Source of the DNA: a cyanobacterium endosymbiont of Rhopalodia gibba | GTDB lineage: Bacteria; Cyanobacteriota; Cyanobacteriia; Cyanobacteriales; Microcystaceae | Direction of reading: 5' to 3' | Assembly (NCBI GenBank): GCA_045159875.1 | Contig: CP067995.1 | Location: 1,984,001-2,048,000, forward strand | Length of the DNA: 64,000 nucleotides | Shown: positions 46,984 through 58,446 of the stretch, one piece after another | Numbering within the stretch: the stretch's first letter is position 1 | Layout: each line of letters begins with the position of its first letter | Notes under the pieces: model-generated | The model's database searches: none | Told to the model about the DNA's origin: nothing | The model's input: the letters and a program-made list of their open reading frames with translations, nothing else | Position numbers and translations under genes: made by a program

Positions 46984-49900
46984 ATGAATAATTCCAATTC
47001 CTTTCTTAACCATCTTCGAAGTCCCAAACATCCTGTTATTGTCTTTGACGGTGCAACAGGAACTTCACTACAGACTCAAAATTTAACTGCCGAGGACTTT
47101 GGAGGACCTGAATACGAAGGATGCAACGAATACCTAGTCCAAACCAAACCAGAAGTAGTTAAGAAAGTACATAGAGAGTTTTTGGAAGTTGGTGCAGATG
47201 TTATTGAAACTAATTCCTTTGGAGGGACATCCATTGTTCTTGCTGAATATAATTTAGCAGACAAAGCCTATTATCTAAATAAAAAAGCCGCTGAACTAGC
47301 AAAAAATATTGCAGCTGAATATTCCACTTTTGAAAAACCCCGTTTTGTAGCAGGTTCAATCGGACCAGGAACCAAACTACCCACTTTAGGACATGTTGAG
47401 TTTGATATTCTCAAAAACTCATACATCGAACAAGTAGAAGGATTATATGATGGTGGGGCAGATTTATTAGTCATTGAAACTTGCCAAGATGTATTACAAA
47501 TTAAAGCAGCTTTAAACGCTGTCGAAGAGGTTTTCCGCCAAAAATGTGACCGTTTACCAATTATGGTTTCAATCACAATGGAAATAATGGGGACGATGTT
47601 AATAGGGACAGAAATAAGCGCCGCATTAGCTATTCTAGAACCCTATAAAATTGATATTTTGGGACTCAATTGTGCTACAGGACCAGAACAGATGAAAGAA
47701 CATATTAGATACTTATCTGAACATTCCCCCTTTATAATTTCTTGTATTCCCAATGCTGGGTTACCCGAAAACATTGGTGGACAAGCACATTATCGCTTAA
47801 CTCCAATGGAATTAAAAATGGCGTTAATGCACTTTATTGAAGATTTAGGGGTACAAATTATCGGAGGATGTTGTGGAACTCGTCCCGAGCATATCAAAGC
47901 GTTAGTAGAACTTTCCCATAGTTTAAGACCTAAAGAACGCCACTTCCATTATGAGGCTTCTGCTGCTTCAATTTATAGTGCACAACCTTATACTCAAGAT
48001 AATTCATTCCTAATTATAGGAGAAAGATTAAACGCTAGTGGCTCTAAAAAATGTCGTACTTTACTTAATAAAGAAGACTGGGACAGCCTCGTATCTCTAG
48101 CAAAATCTCAAGTAAAAGAAGGCTCACATATACTTGATGTTAACGTAGATTATGTCGGAAGGAATGGGGTACAAGATATGCGCACATTAGTCTCCTGTCT
48201 TATTAAGAATATAACCTTACCTTTAATGCTTGATTCGACAGAATGGCAAAAAATGGAAGCAGGACTAAAGGTAGCAGGAGGTAAATGTATCCTCAATTCT
48301 ACTAACTATGAGGATGGGGATATACGCTTTATAAAAGTATTGGAATTAGCAAAGAATTATGGTGCAGGAGTTGTGATAGGAACTATTGATGAAGACGGAA
48401 TGGGGCGAACCAAAGATAAAAAATTTGAGATTGCAGAACGAGCTTATAATGCAGCAATAGAGTATGGAATACCTGCCCGTGAACTTTTTTTTGATACGTT
48501 AGCATTACCTATTTCTACAGGTATAGAAGAAGATAGAAAAAACGGAAAAGCAACTATTGAATCGATCAAGCTTATTCGAGAAAAATTGCCAGGGTGTCAT
48601 ATTTTACTGGGAATTTCTAATATTTCTTTTGGCTTAAATCCAGCAGCACGACAAGTATTAAACTCTATATTTTTATATGAAACAATACAAGCAGGATTAG
48701 ATGGGGCTATTGTTAGCGCAAATAAAATATTACCTTTAACTAAAATTAAGCCAGAACATCAAAAAGTATGTCGGGATTTAATTTACGATCTACGAGAATT
48801 TGATAAAGATATCTGTACCTATGATCCTCTAACGAAATTGACGGAACTATTTTCAGGCAAGACTACGAAAAAAGATCCCACAATAATAGCCAATATCTCT
48901 ATAGAAGAACGACTTAAACAGCATATTATTGATGGAGAAAGATTAGGTTTGGAAGAAGCATTAAAACAAGCATTAAAACAATATCATCCCCTCGATATTA
49001 TCAACATATTTCTTCTTAATGGAATGAAAGTAGTAGGTGAGTTATTTGGTTCAGGACAAATGCAGTTGCCCTTTGTGTTACAGTCTGCCCAAACCATGAA
49101 AACTGCGGTGGCTTACCTAGAACCTTTCATGGATAAAGAAGAAAGTGGTAATGATAATGGAAAAGGTAAGTTTATTATTGCAACTGTTAAAGGAGATGTT
49201 CATGATATTGGTAAAAACTTGGTTGACATTATTCTTTCCAATAATGGCTACAAAGTGATTAATCTAGGGATTAAACAACCGGTTGAAAATATTATTCAAG
49301 CTTACGAAGAGCATAAACCTGATTGTATTGCAATGAGTGGTCTACTGGTCAAATCAACAGCATTTATGAAAGATAATTTAGAAGTCTTCAATGAGCGTGG
49401 AATTAATGTTCCTGTAATTTTAGGAGGAGCTGCTTTAACTCCAAAATTTGTATACGAAGACTGTCAAAATACTTATCGAGGTAAAGTTATTTATGGAAAA
49501 GATGCTTTCTCTGATTTAGCATTTATGGATACATTAATGCCAGCAAAATCAGTTGGAAGGTGGGATAACTCACAAGGATTTTTGGGAGAATTTCAAGACA
49601 AAAATAGCCTTTTTCAAAAAGAAAGAGGGAGAAAAACAGCAGAAAAATTTACTGAGAAAGATGGTAAATCTACTTCTATGAAAACTGCACAAGTTATTGA
49701 TACAAAGCGATCAGAAGCTGTAGAAATAATAGACCCTATTTCCCCTCCTTTCTGGGGAACTAAAATTTTAAATCCAGAAGACTTAAATCTAAGTGAAATA
49801 TTTTGGTATTTAGATTTACAAGCATTAATTGCAGGTCAGTGGCAATTTCGTAAGCCTAAAGAACAATCACGGGAAGAATACCATCAATTTTTAATCAAAA

Positions 49901-50568
49901 AAGTTAATCCGATTTTAGAAGACTGGAAACAGAAAATTATCACAGAAAATTTATTGCATCCTACAGTGACGTATGGTTATTTTCCCTGTCAGTCTGAAGG
50001 AAATCAATTGTTAGTTTATGATCCCGAAATTATCCAAAACTTAGATGGTAAAATCCCTGAAAATATAGAGCCTATTTGGATAATTAAATTTCCTCGCCAA
50101 AAATCCGGTCGTCGCTTGTGTCTTGCAGACTTCTTCACTTCTAAAGAATTGGGATTAACTGATGTATTCCCAATGCAAGCAGTTACTGTTGGGCAAATTG
50201 CAACAGAATACGCACAGAAACTCTTCGCCGATAATGATTATACAAATTATCTTTATTTTCATGGTATGGCTGTTCAAACTACCGAAGGATTAGCTGAATG
50301 GATACACGCTAAAATTCGTCGAGAATTAGGCTTTGGAAAGAAAGAGCCTGATAATATTCGAGAAATATTACAACAGCACTATCAAGGTTCTCGTTATAGC
50401 TTTGGGTATCCGGCTTGTCCCAATATTCAAGATCAATATAAACAATTAGAGGTATTAGGATGCAATCGCATTAACATGTACATGGATGAGAGTGAACAAA
50501 TTTATCCTGAACAGTCTACAACAGCAATTATTACCTATCATCCTGTTGCGAAATATTTCAGTGCATAA
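46984..50568 (+). CDS. metH: Cobalamin-dependent methionine synthase
   Basis: [39 protein letters not shown]12-binding motif, [10 protein letters not shown]. Confidence 0.98.
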   Translation: MNNSNSFLNHLRSPKHPVIVFDGATGTSLQTQNLTAEDFGGPEYEGCNEYLVQTKPEVVKKVHREFLEVGADVIETNSFGGTSIVLAEYNLADKAYYLNKKAAELAKNIAAEYSTFEKPRFVAGSIGPGTKLPTLGHVEFDILKNSYIEQVEGLYDGGADLLVIETCQDVLQIKAALNAVEEVFRQKCDRLPIMVSITMEIMGTMLIGTEISAALAILEPYKIDILGLNCATGPEQMKEHIRYLSEHSPFIISCIPNAGLPENIGGQAHYRLTPMELKMALMHFIEDLGVQIIGGCCGTRPEHIKALVELSHSLRPKERHFHYEASAASIYSAQPYTQDNSFLIIGERLNASGSKKCRTLLNKEDWDSLVSLAKSQVKEGSHILDVNVDYVGRNGVQDMRTLVSCLIKNITLPLMLDSTEWQKMEAGLKVAGGKCILNSTNYEDGDIRFIKVLELAKNYGAGVVIGTIDEDGMGRTKDKKFEIAERAYNAAIEYGIPARELFFDTLALPISTGIEEDRKNGKATIESIKLIREKLPGCHILLGISNISFGLNPAARQVLNSIFLYETIQAGLDGAIVSANKILPLTKIKPEHQKVCRDLIYDLREFDKDICTYDPLTKLTELFSGKTTKKDPTIIANISIEERLKQHIIDGERLGLEEALKQALKQYHPLDIINIFLLNGMKVVGELFGSGQMQLPFVLQSAQTMKTAVAYLEPFMDKEESGNDNGKGKFIIATVKGDVHDIGKNLVDIILSNNGYKVINLGIKQPVENIIQAYEEHKPDCIAMSGLLVKSTAFMKDNLEVFNERGINVPVILGGAALTPKFVYEDCQNTYRGKVIYGKDAFSDLAFMDTLMPAKSVGRWDNSQGFLGEFQDKNSLFQKERGRKTAEKFTEKDGKSTSMKTAQVIDTKRSEAVEIIDPISPPFWGTKILNPEDLNLSEIFWYLDLQALIAGQWQFRKPKEQSREEYHQFLIKKVNPILEDWKQKIITENLLHPTVTYGYFPCQSEGNQLLVYDPEIIQNLDGKIPENIEPIWIIKFPRQKSGRRLCLADFFTSKELGLTDVFPMQAVTVGQIATEYAQKLFADNDYTNYLYFHGMAVQTTEGLAEWIHAKIRRELGFGKKEPDNIREILQQHYQGSRYSFGYPACPNIQDQYKQLEVLGCNRINMYMDESEQIYPEQSTTAIITYHPVAKYFSA

Positions 50569-50584
50569 GTTAACTATTTGCCTA

Positions 50585-50995
50585 TGATCTATCCAAACTC
50601 GCATTCTAATACAGAAAGTCCAAAGATTTTTGAGCACATCGCCTCAGTTTACGATAGATATAAACAACGTTTTAAGTTTAGGACAACATCGTATCTGGAA
50701 GCTAATAGCTATTAAATGGAATCAACCCCAATTAGGGGGTAAAGGATTATATGTCTGCTGTAGAAGTTGCAATTTAGCCTGATTATTAGCTCATCAAGTG
50801 GGAAAAACAGGAGAAGTGGCGCGATTAGATTGTTCCCGGAAACAACTGGCGATCACCTGTCAATAATCTATTTGTAAATCATCTTTACTATCAATTGAGT
50901 GGACTGAAGAAAATGCCCTCAATTTACCGTTTGAGGCTCAGAAATTCAACTGTGTCTATGAGCTATGGATTATGAAACGTAACCGATATCCCACG
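50585..50995 (+). pseudogene. menG: MenG/UbiE demethylphylloquinone methyltransferase remnant
   Basis: Fragments IFEHIASVYD, NNVLSLGQHRIWKLIAIKW and ENALNLPFEAQKFNC..MSYGL*NVTDIP, frameshifted and truncated. Confidence 0.8.
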
Positions 50996-52155
50996 AAATA
51001 GGATTTACCCATGCAGTCCATTATTATATAGTCATAGGAATAATGAGGGTATTAGTTGCAATAAAGTAAAATGATATATAGAAGAAAAGAGAAAAATTTT
51101 TAATATTTGCTTTCTATTTCCTCCTTGAGTTTTTTTAAAACTATGTCATCTCGTTCAATGTTTAAACAATTAATTTTCACTAAATAAAGTAAACTATTGT
51201 TCAATAATATCTTGTAGGTTTAAAACTAAAATACCCTTAGTTAAGTTCTATCTCAAAAGTGTTAATTTTTGAAAAAATTGTCAAGATAAATCAGTATAAA
51301 AACTTTTTTTATAAAAACCCTTTTAATTAATCCAACTTTATCTAAAAAAATCTTAGAAAGAGAACTATGGTTAATTGTTTAGATATTTAAAAAATTTTTT
51401 ATAAGAGGTGATTGCTATAAACGTGAACTAATAGCAACTAAAATTACATCAGCCAACCGATTTTAATTTGAAATACTTAATTTACTTATTGCTTGTGCAC
51501 TCATTAAATTTACGATAATTTGGACTCAATAAAATATACATGAGTAACTAAGGCGACTTAAAAGAGTAGTTGAAGAAATTTACCGATTAAAATACACTTG
51601 AGTTTAAAAATTTTATATTAAAAAATCTTATATTGGGGTCAATGACTGTTACTCTCTATCTTACTTCTGAACAATAGAAAATAAAGACAACAACCAACTA
51701 CTGTAACAAACTTAAATCTAAAAACTTACTTGGAATTCTAGGAATTTTCTAAAATTTTTAAGTGGAGTAAAATTACTACCAAGTAGACAATTGAATAAAA
51801 AGATTATTCAATTGTCTTAAATAAATCATTTTTAAGTACTTTTCTAGTATTTTATTAGCTTCTATCCGATGAAATTACTATTCCATTAGATTTAGTTTTG
51901 GACCATATGCTTCTACCTATATATCTAAAATTTTTCTATTTTTTGTTTTTAATATTTAAGACGTGGAGTAATTTATATTCTTATCCTTTTTTAATTTCCA
52001 GCTCCTTTTAAGGATTTTCAAGATTTTTTTGGAAGTTTATTTTGCTTTTACCCCTTTTGTGAAATATTAAATTTCAAAAAAAAATGGAAAATATGTCCTT
52101 AATCAATTAAAATAATTAGTAAGAATAGTCCCTAAGCAACCTATCTTGACAGACC

Positions 52156-53376
52156 ATGCGAACTCTGGAAACCTCCCAGCTTCTAACATCCTCTGCTCCT
52201 AAATTTGACACTGCCATTCATCGTCGCAAAACCTGTTCCGTCCCAGTTGGAGATATCATCATTGGGGGAGGTTATCCTGTGGTGGTGCAATCAATGATTA
52301 ATGAGGACACCTTAAATATTGAGGGGTCAGTCGCCGCTATTCAGCGTTTACATGAAATTGGCTGTGAAATTGTCCGAGTCACTGTTCCTAGTATGGCCCA
52401 CGCCAAAGCCTTAGCAGACATTAATAAGGAACTCACTCAAGTCTATCAACGGGTTCCCCTAGTCGCCGACGTACATCACAATGGCATGAGAATTGCTTTA
52501 GAAGTCGCTAGGCACGTGGATAAAGTTCGTATTAACCCCGGATTATATGTCTTCGAGAAACCTAATCCCACCCGTGGTGAATACACACAAGCTGAATTTG
52601 ATGAAATTGGCGAAAAAATTGCTGAAACATTGAAGCCCTTGGTTATTTTGTTAAAAAAACAGGGTAAAGCTATGCGAGTTGGAGTCAATCATGGTTCCTT
52701 AGCTGAAAGAATGTTGTTTACTTATGGGGATACTCCCGAAGGAATGGTAGAATCTGCCCTAGAATTTATCCGTATTTGTGAATCTCTAGATTTTGATAGA
52801 ATAGTCGTCTCACTTAAATCATCCCGTGTTCCTGTGATGTTAGCCGCCTATCGCTTAATGGTTAAACGAATGGATGACCTAGGAATGGACTATCCCCTAC
52901 ATTTAGGAGTCACAGAAGCGGGAGATGGTGAATATGGAAGAATTAAATCTACTGCCGGAATTGGAACTCTCTTAGCCGAAGGAATTGGGGATACTATTCG
53001 CGTTTCTTTAACTGAAGCCTCCGAGAAAGAAATTCCTGTTTGTTATAATATTCTTCAGTCTTTGGGAATACGTAAGACCATGGTAGAGTACGTCGCTTGT
53101 CCTTCGTGTGGCCGGACTCTGTTTAATTTAGAAAAAGTCCTCCACGAAGTACGAGAAGCTACCAAGCATTTGACAGGGTTAGACATAGCGGTGATGGGTT
53201 GTATTGTCAATGGTCCAGGAGAAATGGCCGATGCAGACTATGGTTATGTTGGAAAACAAGCCGGATACATTTCTTTATACAGGGGGCGCGAAGAGATCAA
53301 GAAAGTTTCTGAAGACCAAGGCGTTCAAGAACTAATTGAGTTGATAAAAATTGATGGACGTTGGGTCGACCCTTAG
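52156..53376 (+). CDS. ispG: (E)-4-hydroxy-3-methylbut-2-enyl-diphosphate synthase
   Basis: [43 protein letters not shown]. Confidence 0.98.
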   Translation: MRTLETSQLLTSSAPKFDTAIHRRKTCSVPVGDIIIGGGYPVVVQSMINEDTLNIEGSVAAIQRLHEIGCEIVRVTVPSMAHAKALADINKELTQVYQRVPLVADVHHNGMRIALEVARHVDKVRINPGLYVFEKPNPTRGEYTQAEFDEIGEKIAETLKPLVILLKKQGKAMRVGVNHGSLAERMLFTYGDTPEGMVESALEFIRICESLDFDRIVVSLKSSRVPVMLAAYRLMVKRMDDLGMDYPLHLGVTEAGDGEYGRIKSTAGIGTLLAEGIGDTIRVSLTEASEKEIPVCYNILQSLGIRKTMVEYVACPSCGRTLFNLEKVLHEVREATKHLTGLDIAVMGCIVNGPGEMADADYGYVGKQAGYISLYRGREEIKKVSEDQGVQELIELIKIDGRWVDP

Positions 53377-53414
53377 TTAAAACATGAGAACTTAATCAGG
53401 AATAAGAAATTATC

Positions 53415-53600
53415 GCCAGAAAAAACTGGACACAGGACTTATGAGGTTAGTTTGTAGGGCAGCTGTTGAGACCCCAAGTAAGTCTCAGATAGCAGGGCAT
53501 CTGAGGCAAACCTGAATCGTAAGATTTAAAAGTCGCGCTAAGTTCCTTAACGCTGTCAGAGGTGGGAGTAGGAAGTCAATACGTCGAATTGCACTACTGA
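53415..53600 (+). ncRNA. Putative structured ncRNA resembling a TnpB omega/reRNA scaffold plus 3' guide, with no adjacent nuclease gene
   Basis: Several stems with G-U pairs, a GNRA-capped hairpin TGAATC-GTAA-GATTTA, and a 3' end GGTGGGAGTAGGAAGTCAA resembling IS605 right ends. GC content is higher than the other intergenic DNA. Confidence 0.55.
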
Positions 53601-53772
53601 ATTGGGACTTGAGTCAATCTCTCCATTTAAGAGTTTTAGTTTAGGATGATAATAAAATTGCAATCTATCAAAGTTTTTACCTTGTAATTTTCATGGAAGA
53701 AATGTTATTATACTGTTCCGTGTTAAAAGTTAGCATTGTTAGACATTAAGCAATCTGTTGTAGGAAACGACC

Positions 53773-54066
53773 GTGGCCAACTCGAAGTCTGCACTTAAGC
53801 GTATTGATATTTCCGAACGCAATCGACTACGCAACAAAGCGTACCGCTCGGCACTAAGAACTTTAATGAAAAAACATTTTAAAGCTGTAGAGGAATACAC
53901 AGCAAACCCAACCGCTGATAATAAAACAGTTGCTGATGAGTCTTTATCAGCAGCCTACAGCAAAATAGACAAAGCCGTCAAACGGAGAGTTTTACATAAA
54001 AATAATGGGGCCAGGAAAAAAGCTCGTTTAGCCAAAGCTCTGAAGGAAGTTGCTACAGTTTCTTAA
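53773..54066 (+). CDS. rpsT: 30S ribosomal protein S20
   Basis: [33 protein letters not shown] start. Confidence 0.97.
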   Translation: MANSKSALKRIDISERNRLRNKAYRSALRTLMKKHFKAVEEYTANPTADNKTVADESLSAAYSKIDKAVKRRVLHKNNGARKKARLAKALKEVATVS

Positions 54067-54234
54067 TATAAATTGGTTTTTGAGTTAAATAAGACATACA
54101 GAGAATGGGACAAGAAAGTTAGGACAAATTGGAGCCTGTACTTCCTTGATAAACCGAAAATAACCGCAAATAGGTCAGTATTAATTTCTCTAGTCTAGGA
54201 GACTTAGCTGAGCAGTCGGCTTACGATTAACCAG

Positions 54235-55023
54235 ATGCAACTTATTGATACCCATGTCCACATTAACTTCGACGTTTTTGAGCAGGACCTCGATTTACTC
54301 CAAACCCGTTGGCAGGAGGCCGGAGTGGTTCACCTGGTTCATTCGTGTGTTGAACCTAAGGAGTTTAAGGGAATACAAGCTCTAGCCAATCGTTTTCAAA
54401 ATCAACTGTCCTTTTGTGTGGGATTACATCCACTAGATGCTCACAAATGGACAGTAACAACCTATGAAGAAATTTTTGAAGCAGCCCAGTCAGATCCGCG
54501 GGTGGTAGCCATTGGAGAAATGGGGTTAGACTTTTATAAAGCAGATAATCAAGACTGGCAAAAGCAGGTATTAGAAGCTCAACTGGCTATTGCTTACAAA
54601 CTCGATAAACCAGTTGTTATCCATTGTCGGAATGCCGCGGCTAACCTCCGAGAAATATTGAAATCATTTTGTACTCATCAAGGCCCAGTACGAGGGGTAA
54701 TTCATTGTTGGAATGGAACTCTCGAGGAAACCCAATGGTTTTTAGAGCTAGGATTTTATCTTAGTTTCAGTGGCATTGTTACCTTTAAGAAATCTGCTCA
54801 ACTTAAGGAAATTGCGTTGGCTGTACCAAGTGATCGTCTTCTCATCGAAACTGACTGTCCCTTCCTTGCCCCTGTCCCCAAACGGGGTAAACGTAATGAA
54901 CCATCCTACGTTCGTTATGTTGCGGAATTTCTAGCCCGATGGCGGGGGGTGTCCTTAGAAAGTCTGGCTCAAAAAACTACCCAAAATGCCTGCCAATTAT
55001 TCCAATTATCGATAGCTCACTAA
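54235..55023 (+). CDS. tatD: TatD family DNase
   Basis: [33 protein letters not shown]. Confidence 0.93.
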   Translation: MQLIDTHVHINFDVFEQDLDLLQTRWQEAGVVHLVHSCVEPKEFKGIQALANRFQNQLSFCVGLHPLDAHKWTVTTYEEIFEAAQSDPRVVAIGEMGLDFYKADNQDWQKQVLEAQLAIAYKLDKPVVIHCRNAAANLREILKSFCTHQGPVRGVIHCWNGTLEETQWFLELGFYLSFSGIVTFKKSAQLKEIALAVPSDRLLIETDCPFLAPVPKRGKRNEPSYVRYVAEFLARWRGVSLESLAQKTTQNACQLFQLSIAH

Positions 55024-55061
55024 GTTTTGATAATGAACAATTAACTCGGTGATAAAGCGCA

Positions 55062-58000
55062 ATGACTAATCTAATCTATAACTATGATTTACTCCCAGAC
55101 TTGATAGAAATTCAACGATCAAGTTTTATGTGGTTTTTAGAAGAGGGGTTAATCGAAGAGCTCAACAGCTTCTCCCCTATTACAGACTATACTGGGAAAT
55201 TGGAATTACATTTTTTGGGAGAAAACTATAAACTCAAGCAACCCAAATATGATGTTGATGAGGCAAAACGACGTGATAGTACTTATTCAGTACAGATGTA
55301 TGTGCCAACTCGTTTAATTAACAAAGAAACTGGGGAAATTAAAGAACAAGAAGTGTTTATTGGGGATTTACCCTTAATGACCGAACGGGGAACCTTCATT
55401 ATAAATGGAGCAGAACGGGTGATCGTCAACCAGATTGTACGGTCTCCAGGAGTTTATTACAAAGCAGAAACTGATAAGAATGGACGAAGAACCTATTCAG
55501 CTTCTTTAATCCCTAACCGAGGAGCTTGGTTAAAATTTGAAACCGATAAAAATGGATTAGTGTGGGTTAGGATTGATAAAACGCGAAAACTGTCAGCTCA
55601 AGTATTACTTAAAGCTATCGGTTTGAGTGACTCGGAAATTTTAGATTCTTTACGCCACCCTGATTTTTATCAACAAACCCTAGATAAAGAAGGGAATCCT
55701 AGCGAAGAAGAAGCTCTGCTGGAATTGTATCGCAAATTACGTCCGGGAGAACCTCCAACCGTCAGTGGGGGACAGCAACTACTCGATTCACGTTTTTTTG
55801 ACAGTAAGCGATATGATTTGGGACGTGTAGGACGTTATAAGCTTAATAAAAAATTACGTCTCAATACGGCTGACACCATTCGAGTCTTGAGAGCGGAGGA
55901 TATTTTGTCCGCGATCGATTATTTAATTAATTTAGAATTCGATACTGGTAGTACTGATGATATCGATCACTTAGGGAATCGTCGAGTACGCTCCGTGGGA
56001 GAACTGCTGCAAAATCAGGTAAGAGTTGGGTTAAATCGTTTAGAGAGGATTATTCGAGAAAGGATGACCGTCAGTGAGTCTGATAGCCTCACTCCTGCTT
56101 CCTTAGTCAATCCTAAACCCTTGGTAGCCGCTATTAAAGAATTTTTTGGTTCTTCCCAACTGTCCCAATTTATGGATCAAACCAATCCTCTAGCGGAATT
56201 GACCCATAAACGCCGAATCTCAGCGCTAGGACCTGGAGGATTGACTCGGGAAAGAGCAGGCTTTGCCGTCCGAGATATTCATCCATCCCACCACGGGCGA
56301 ATCTGTCCGGTAGAAACGCCTGAAGGACCTAATGCTGGGCTGATTGGCTCCTTAGCTACCTATGCTAGAGTTAACTCCTATGGATTTATTGAAACTCCAT
56401 ACTACAAAGTGGAGAATAGCCGGGTGCGGCGGGATTTAAACCCAGTGTACTTAACCGCTGATGAAGAAGACGACCTACGCGTTTGTCCTGGGGATGCAGC
56501 CACTGATGAAGAGGGTAATATCTTAGGCGATACAGTCCCCATTCGTTACCGTCAAGAATTTTCCACCACCAATCCAGCTCAGGTGGATTATATCGCTGTC
56601 TCTCCAGTACAGATTGTCTCAGTAGCGACTTCCATGATTCCTTTCCTCGAACATGATGACGCTAACCGGGCTCTGATGGGGTCAAACATGCAACGCCAAG
56701 CGGTTCCTCTTCTACGTCCAGAACGTCCCCTAGTGGGGACTGGATTAGAAGCACAAGCAGCGCGAGATTCAGGAATGGTAATCGTCAGCCGTACCGATGG
56801 GATTGTGACCTATGTGGATGCCTCAGAAATTCGAGTCCGAGTCACAGGACCGGAAAACCATGATAAATTAGGCGATGAAATCGTCTATCTTCTGCAAAAA
56901 TATCAACGGTCCAACCAGGATACGTGTTTAAATCAACGTCCGTTGGTTTATGTTAATGAGGATGTTGTCCCCGGCCAAGTGTTGGCTGATGGCTCAGCCA
57001 CAGAAGGAGGAGAATTAGCCCTTGGGCAAAATATACTTGTCGCTTATATGCCCTGGGAAGGCTATAACTACGAAGATGCTATCCTAATCAGTGAGCGACT
57101 GGTATACGACGATGTTTATACTAGTATTCACGTCGAAAAATACGAGATTGAAGCCAGACAGACGAAGTTGGGACCAGAAGAGATTACCCGAGAAATTCCT
57201 AATGTTGGGGAAGATGCGCTAAGAAATCTTGACGAACAAGGAATCATCCGCGTTGGTGCTTGGACAGATGCTGGAGATATTTTGGTGGGGAAAGTGACCC
57301 CCAAAGGAGAATCAGACCAACCACCTGAAGAAAAGCTTCTGCGGGCAATTTTTGGAGAAAAAGCCAGAGATGTACGGGATAACTCCCTACGTGTTCCCAA
57401 CGGAGAGAAAGGTCGCGTAGTTGATGTACGGGTTTTTACCCGTGAACAGGGAGATGAATTGCCCCCAGGAGCCAACATGGTCGTTAGGGTTTATGTCGCT
57501 CAAAAGCGAAAAATCCAGGTAGGAGATAAAATGGCGGGTCGTCACGGGAATAAAGGGATTATTTCCCGAATTATGCCTATTGAAGATATGCCTTATCTTC
57601 CCGATGGTCGTCCTGTCGATATTGTGCTTAATCCTCTGGGAGTTCCTTCAAGGATGAATGTTGGTCAAGTTTTTGAATGCCTACTGGGTTGGGCAGGAGA
57701 AAATTTAGGAGTTCGGTCTAAGATTACTCCCTTTGACGAAATGTATGAAGCCGAAGCGTCGCGAAATACTGTTCATGGTTTGTTGAAAAAGGCTTCACAA
57801 AAACATAAGCGAAGTTGGATTTATCAGCCAGAAAATCCCGGGAAAATACAGGTGTTTGATGGGCGCACAGGAGAACCATTTGATCGCCCAGTCACTGTAG
57901 GTCAGGCTTATATGTTAAAACTGGTCCACCTAGTAGATGATAAAATCCATGCTCGCTCAACTGGTCCTTACTCCTTAGTGACTCAACAACCTCTCGGAGG

Positions 58001-58370
58001 AAAAGCCCAACAAGGGGGACAACGGTTTGGAGAAATGGAGGTGTGGGCTTTAGAAGCCTACGGTGCAGCTTATACTCTTCAGGAATTATTAACTGTTAAG
58101 TCTGACGATATGCAAGGACGCAATGAGGCCCTAAATGCAATCGTTAAAGGAAAGCCTATTCCTGAACCGGGAACCCCTGAGTCCTTCAAAGTGTTGATGC
58201 GAGAATTACAATCCTTGGGCTTAGATATTGCCGTTCATAAGGTAGAGACTTCAGCTGATGGAACTAGCCGAGACGTGGAAGTTGACTTGATGGTGGATAC
58301 TCAACGTAGGACACCGAATCGTCCTACATATGAATCGTTAACCACCGAAGATCTTGAAGAAGAAGCCTAA
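55062..58370 (+). CDS. rpoB: RNA polymerase beta subunit
   Basis: [45 protein letters not shown]. Confidence 0.99.
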   Translation: MTNLIYNYDLLPDLIEIQRSSFMWFLEEGLIEELNSFSPITDYTGKLELHFLGENYKLKQPKYDVDEAKRRDSTYSVQMYVPTRLINKETGEIKEQEVFIGDLPLMTERGTFIINGAERVIVNQIVRSPGVYYKAETDKNGRRTYSASLIPNRGAWLKFETDKNGLVWVRIDKTRKLSAQVLLKAIGLSDSEILDSLRHPDFYQQTLDKEGNPSEEEALLELYRKLRPGEPPTVSGGQQLLDSRFFDSKRYDLGRVGRYKLNKKLRLNTADTIRVLRAEDILSAIDYLINLEFDTGSTDDIDHLGNRRVRSVGELLQNQVRVGLNRLERIIRERMTVSESDSLTPASLVNPKPLVAAIKEFFGSSQLSQFMDQTNPLAELTHKRRISALGPGGLTRERAGFAVRDIHPSHHGRICPVETPEGPNAGLIGSLATYARVNSYGFIETPYYKVENSRVRRDLNPVYLTADEEDDLRVCPGDAATDEEGNILGDTVPIRYRQEFSTTNPAQVDYIAVSPVQIVSVATSMIPFLEHDDANRALMGSNMQRQAVPLLRPERPLVGTGLEAQAARDSGMVIVSRTDGIVTYVDASEIRVRVTGPENHDKLGDEIVYLLQKYQRSNQDTCLNQRPLVYVNEDVVPGQVLADGSATEGGELALGQNILVAYMPWEGYNYEDAILISERLVYDDVYTSIHVEKYEIEARQTKLGPEEITREIPNVGEDALRNLDEQGIIRVGAWTDAGDILVGKVTPKGESDQPPEEKLLRAIFGEKARDVRDNSLRVPNGEKGRVVDVRVFTREQGDELPPGANMVVRVYVAQKRKIQVGDKMAGRHGNKGIISRIMPIEDMPYLPDGRPVDIVLNPLGVPSRMNVGQVFECLLGWAGENLGVRSKITPFDEMYEAEASRNTVHGLLKKASQKHKRSWIYQPENPGKIQVFDGRTGEPFDRPVTVGQAYMLKLVHLVDDKIHARSTGPYSLVTQQPLGGKAQQGGQRFGEMEVWALEAYGAAYTLQELLTVKSDDMQGRNEALNAIVKGKPIPEPGTPESFKVLMRELQSLGLDIAVHKVETSADGTSRDVEVDLMVDTQRRTPNRPTYESLTTEDLEEEA

Positions 58371-58446
58371 ACGGTGAATAGTGAGTAAAAATTGATCAAC
58401 AAGGCAATCTAAAACTTAACTATCAACTATTAACACATCGAAAAGT

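Noticed and set aside
53415..53600. Alternative identities for the ispG-rpsT element (6S, tmRNA, SRP, RNase P RNA, TPP/c-di-AMP/cobalamin riboswitch)
   Set aside because: I could not find their hallmark motifs on either strand. This was judged by eye and an Rfam search is still needed.
58371..58446. rpoC1 missing between rpoB and rpoC2
   Set aside because: The rpoB-rpoC2 arrangement with rpoC1 elsewhere is known in Synechocystis-type unicellular cyanobacteria. There is no remnant in the 76-bp gap, so this is not evidence of loss.
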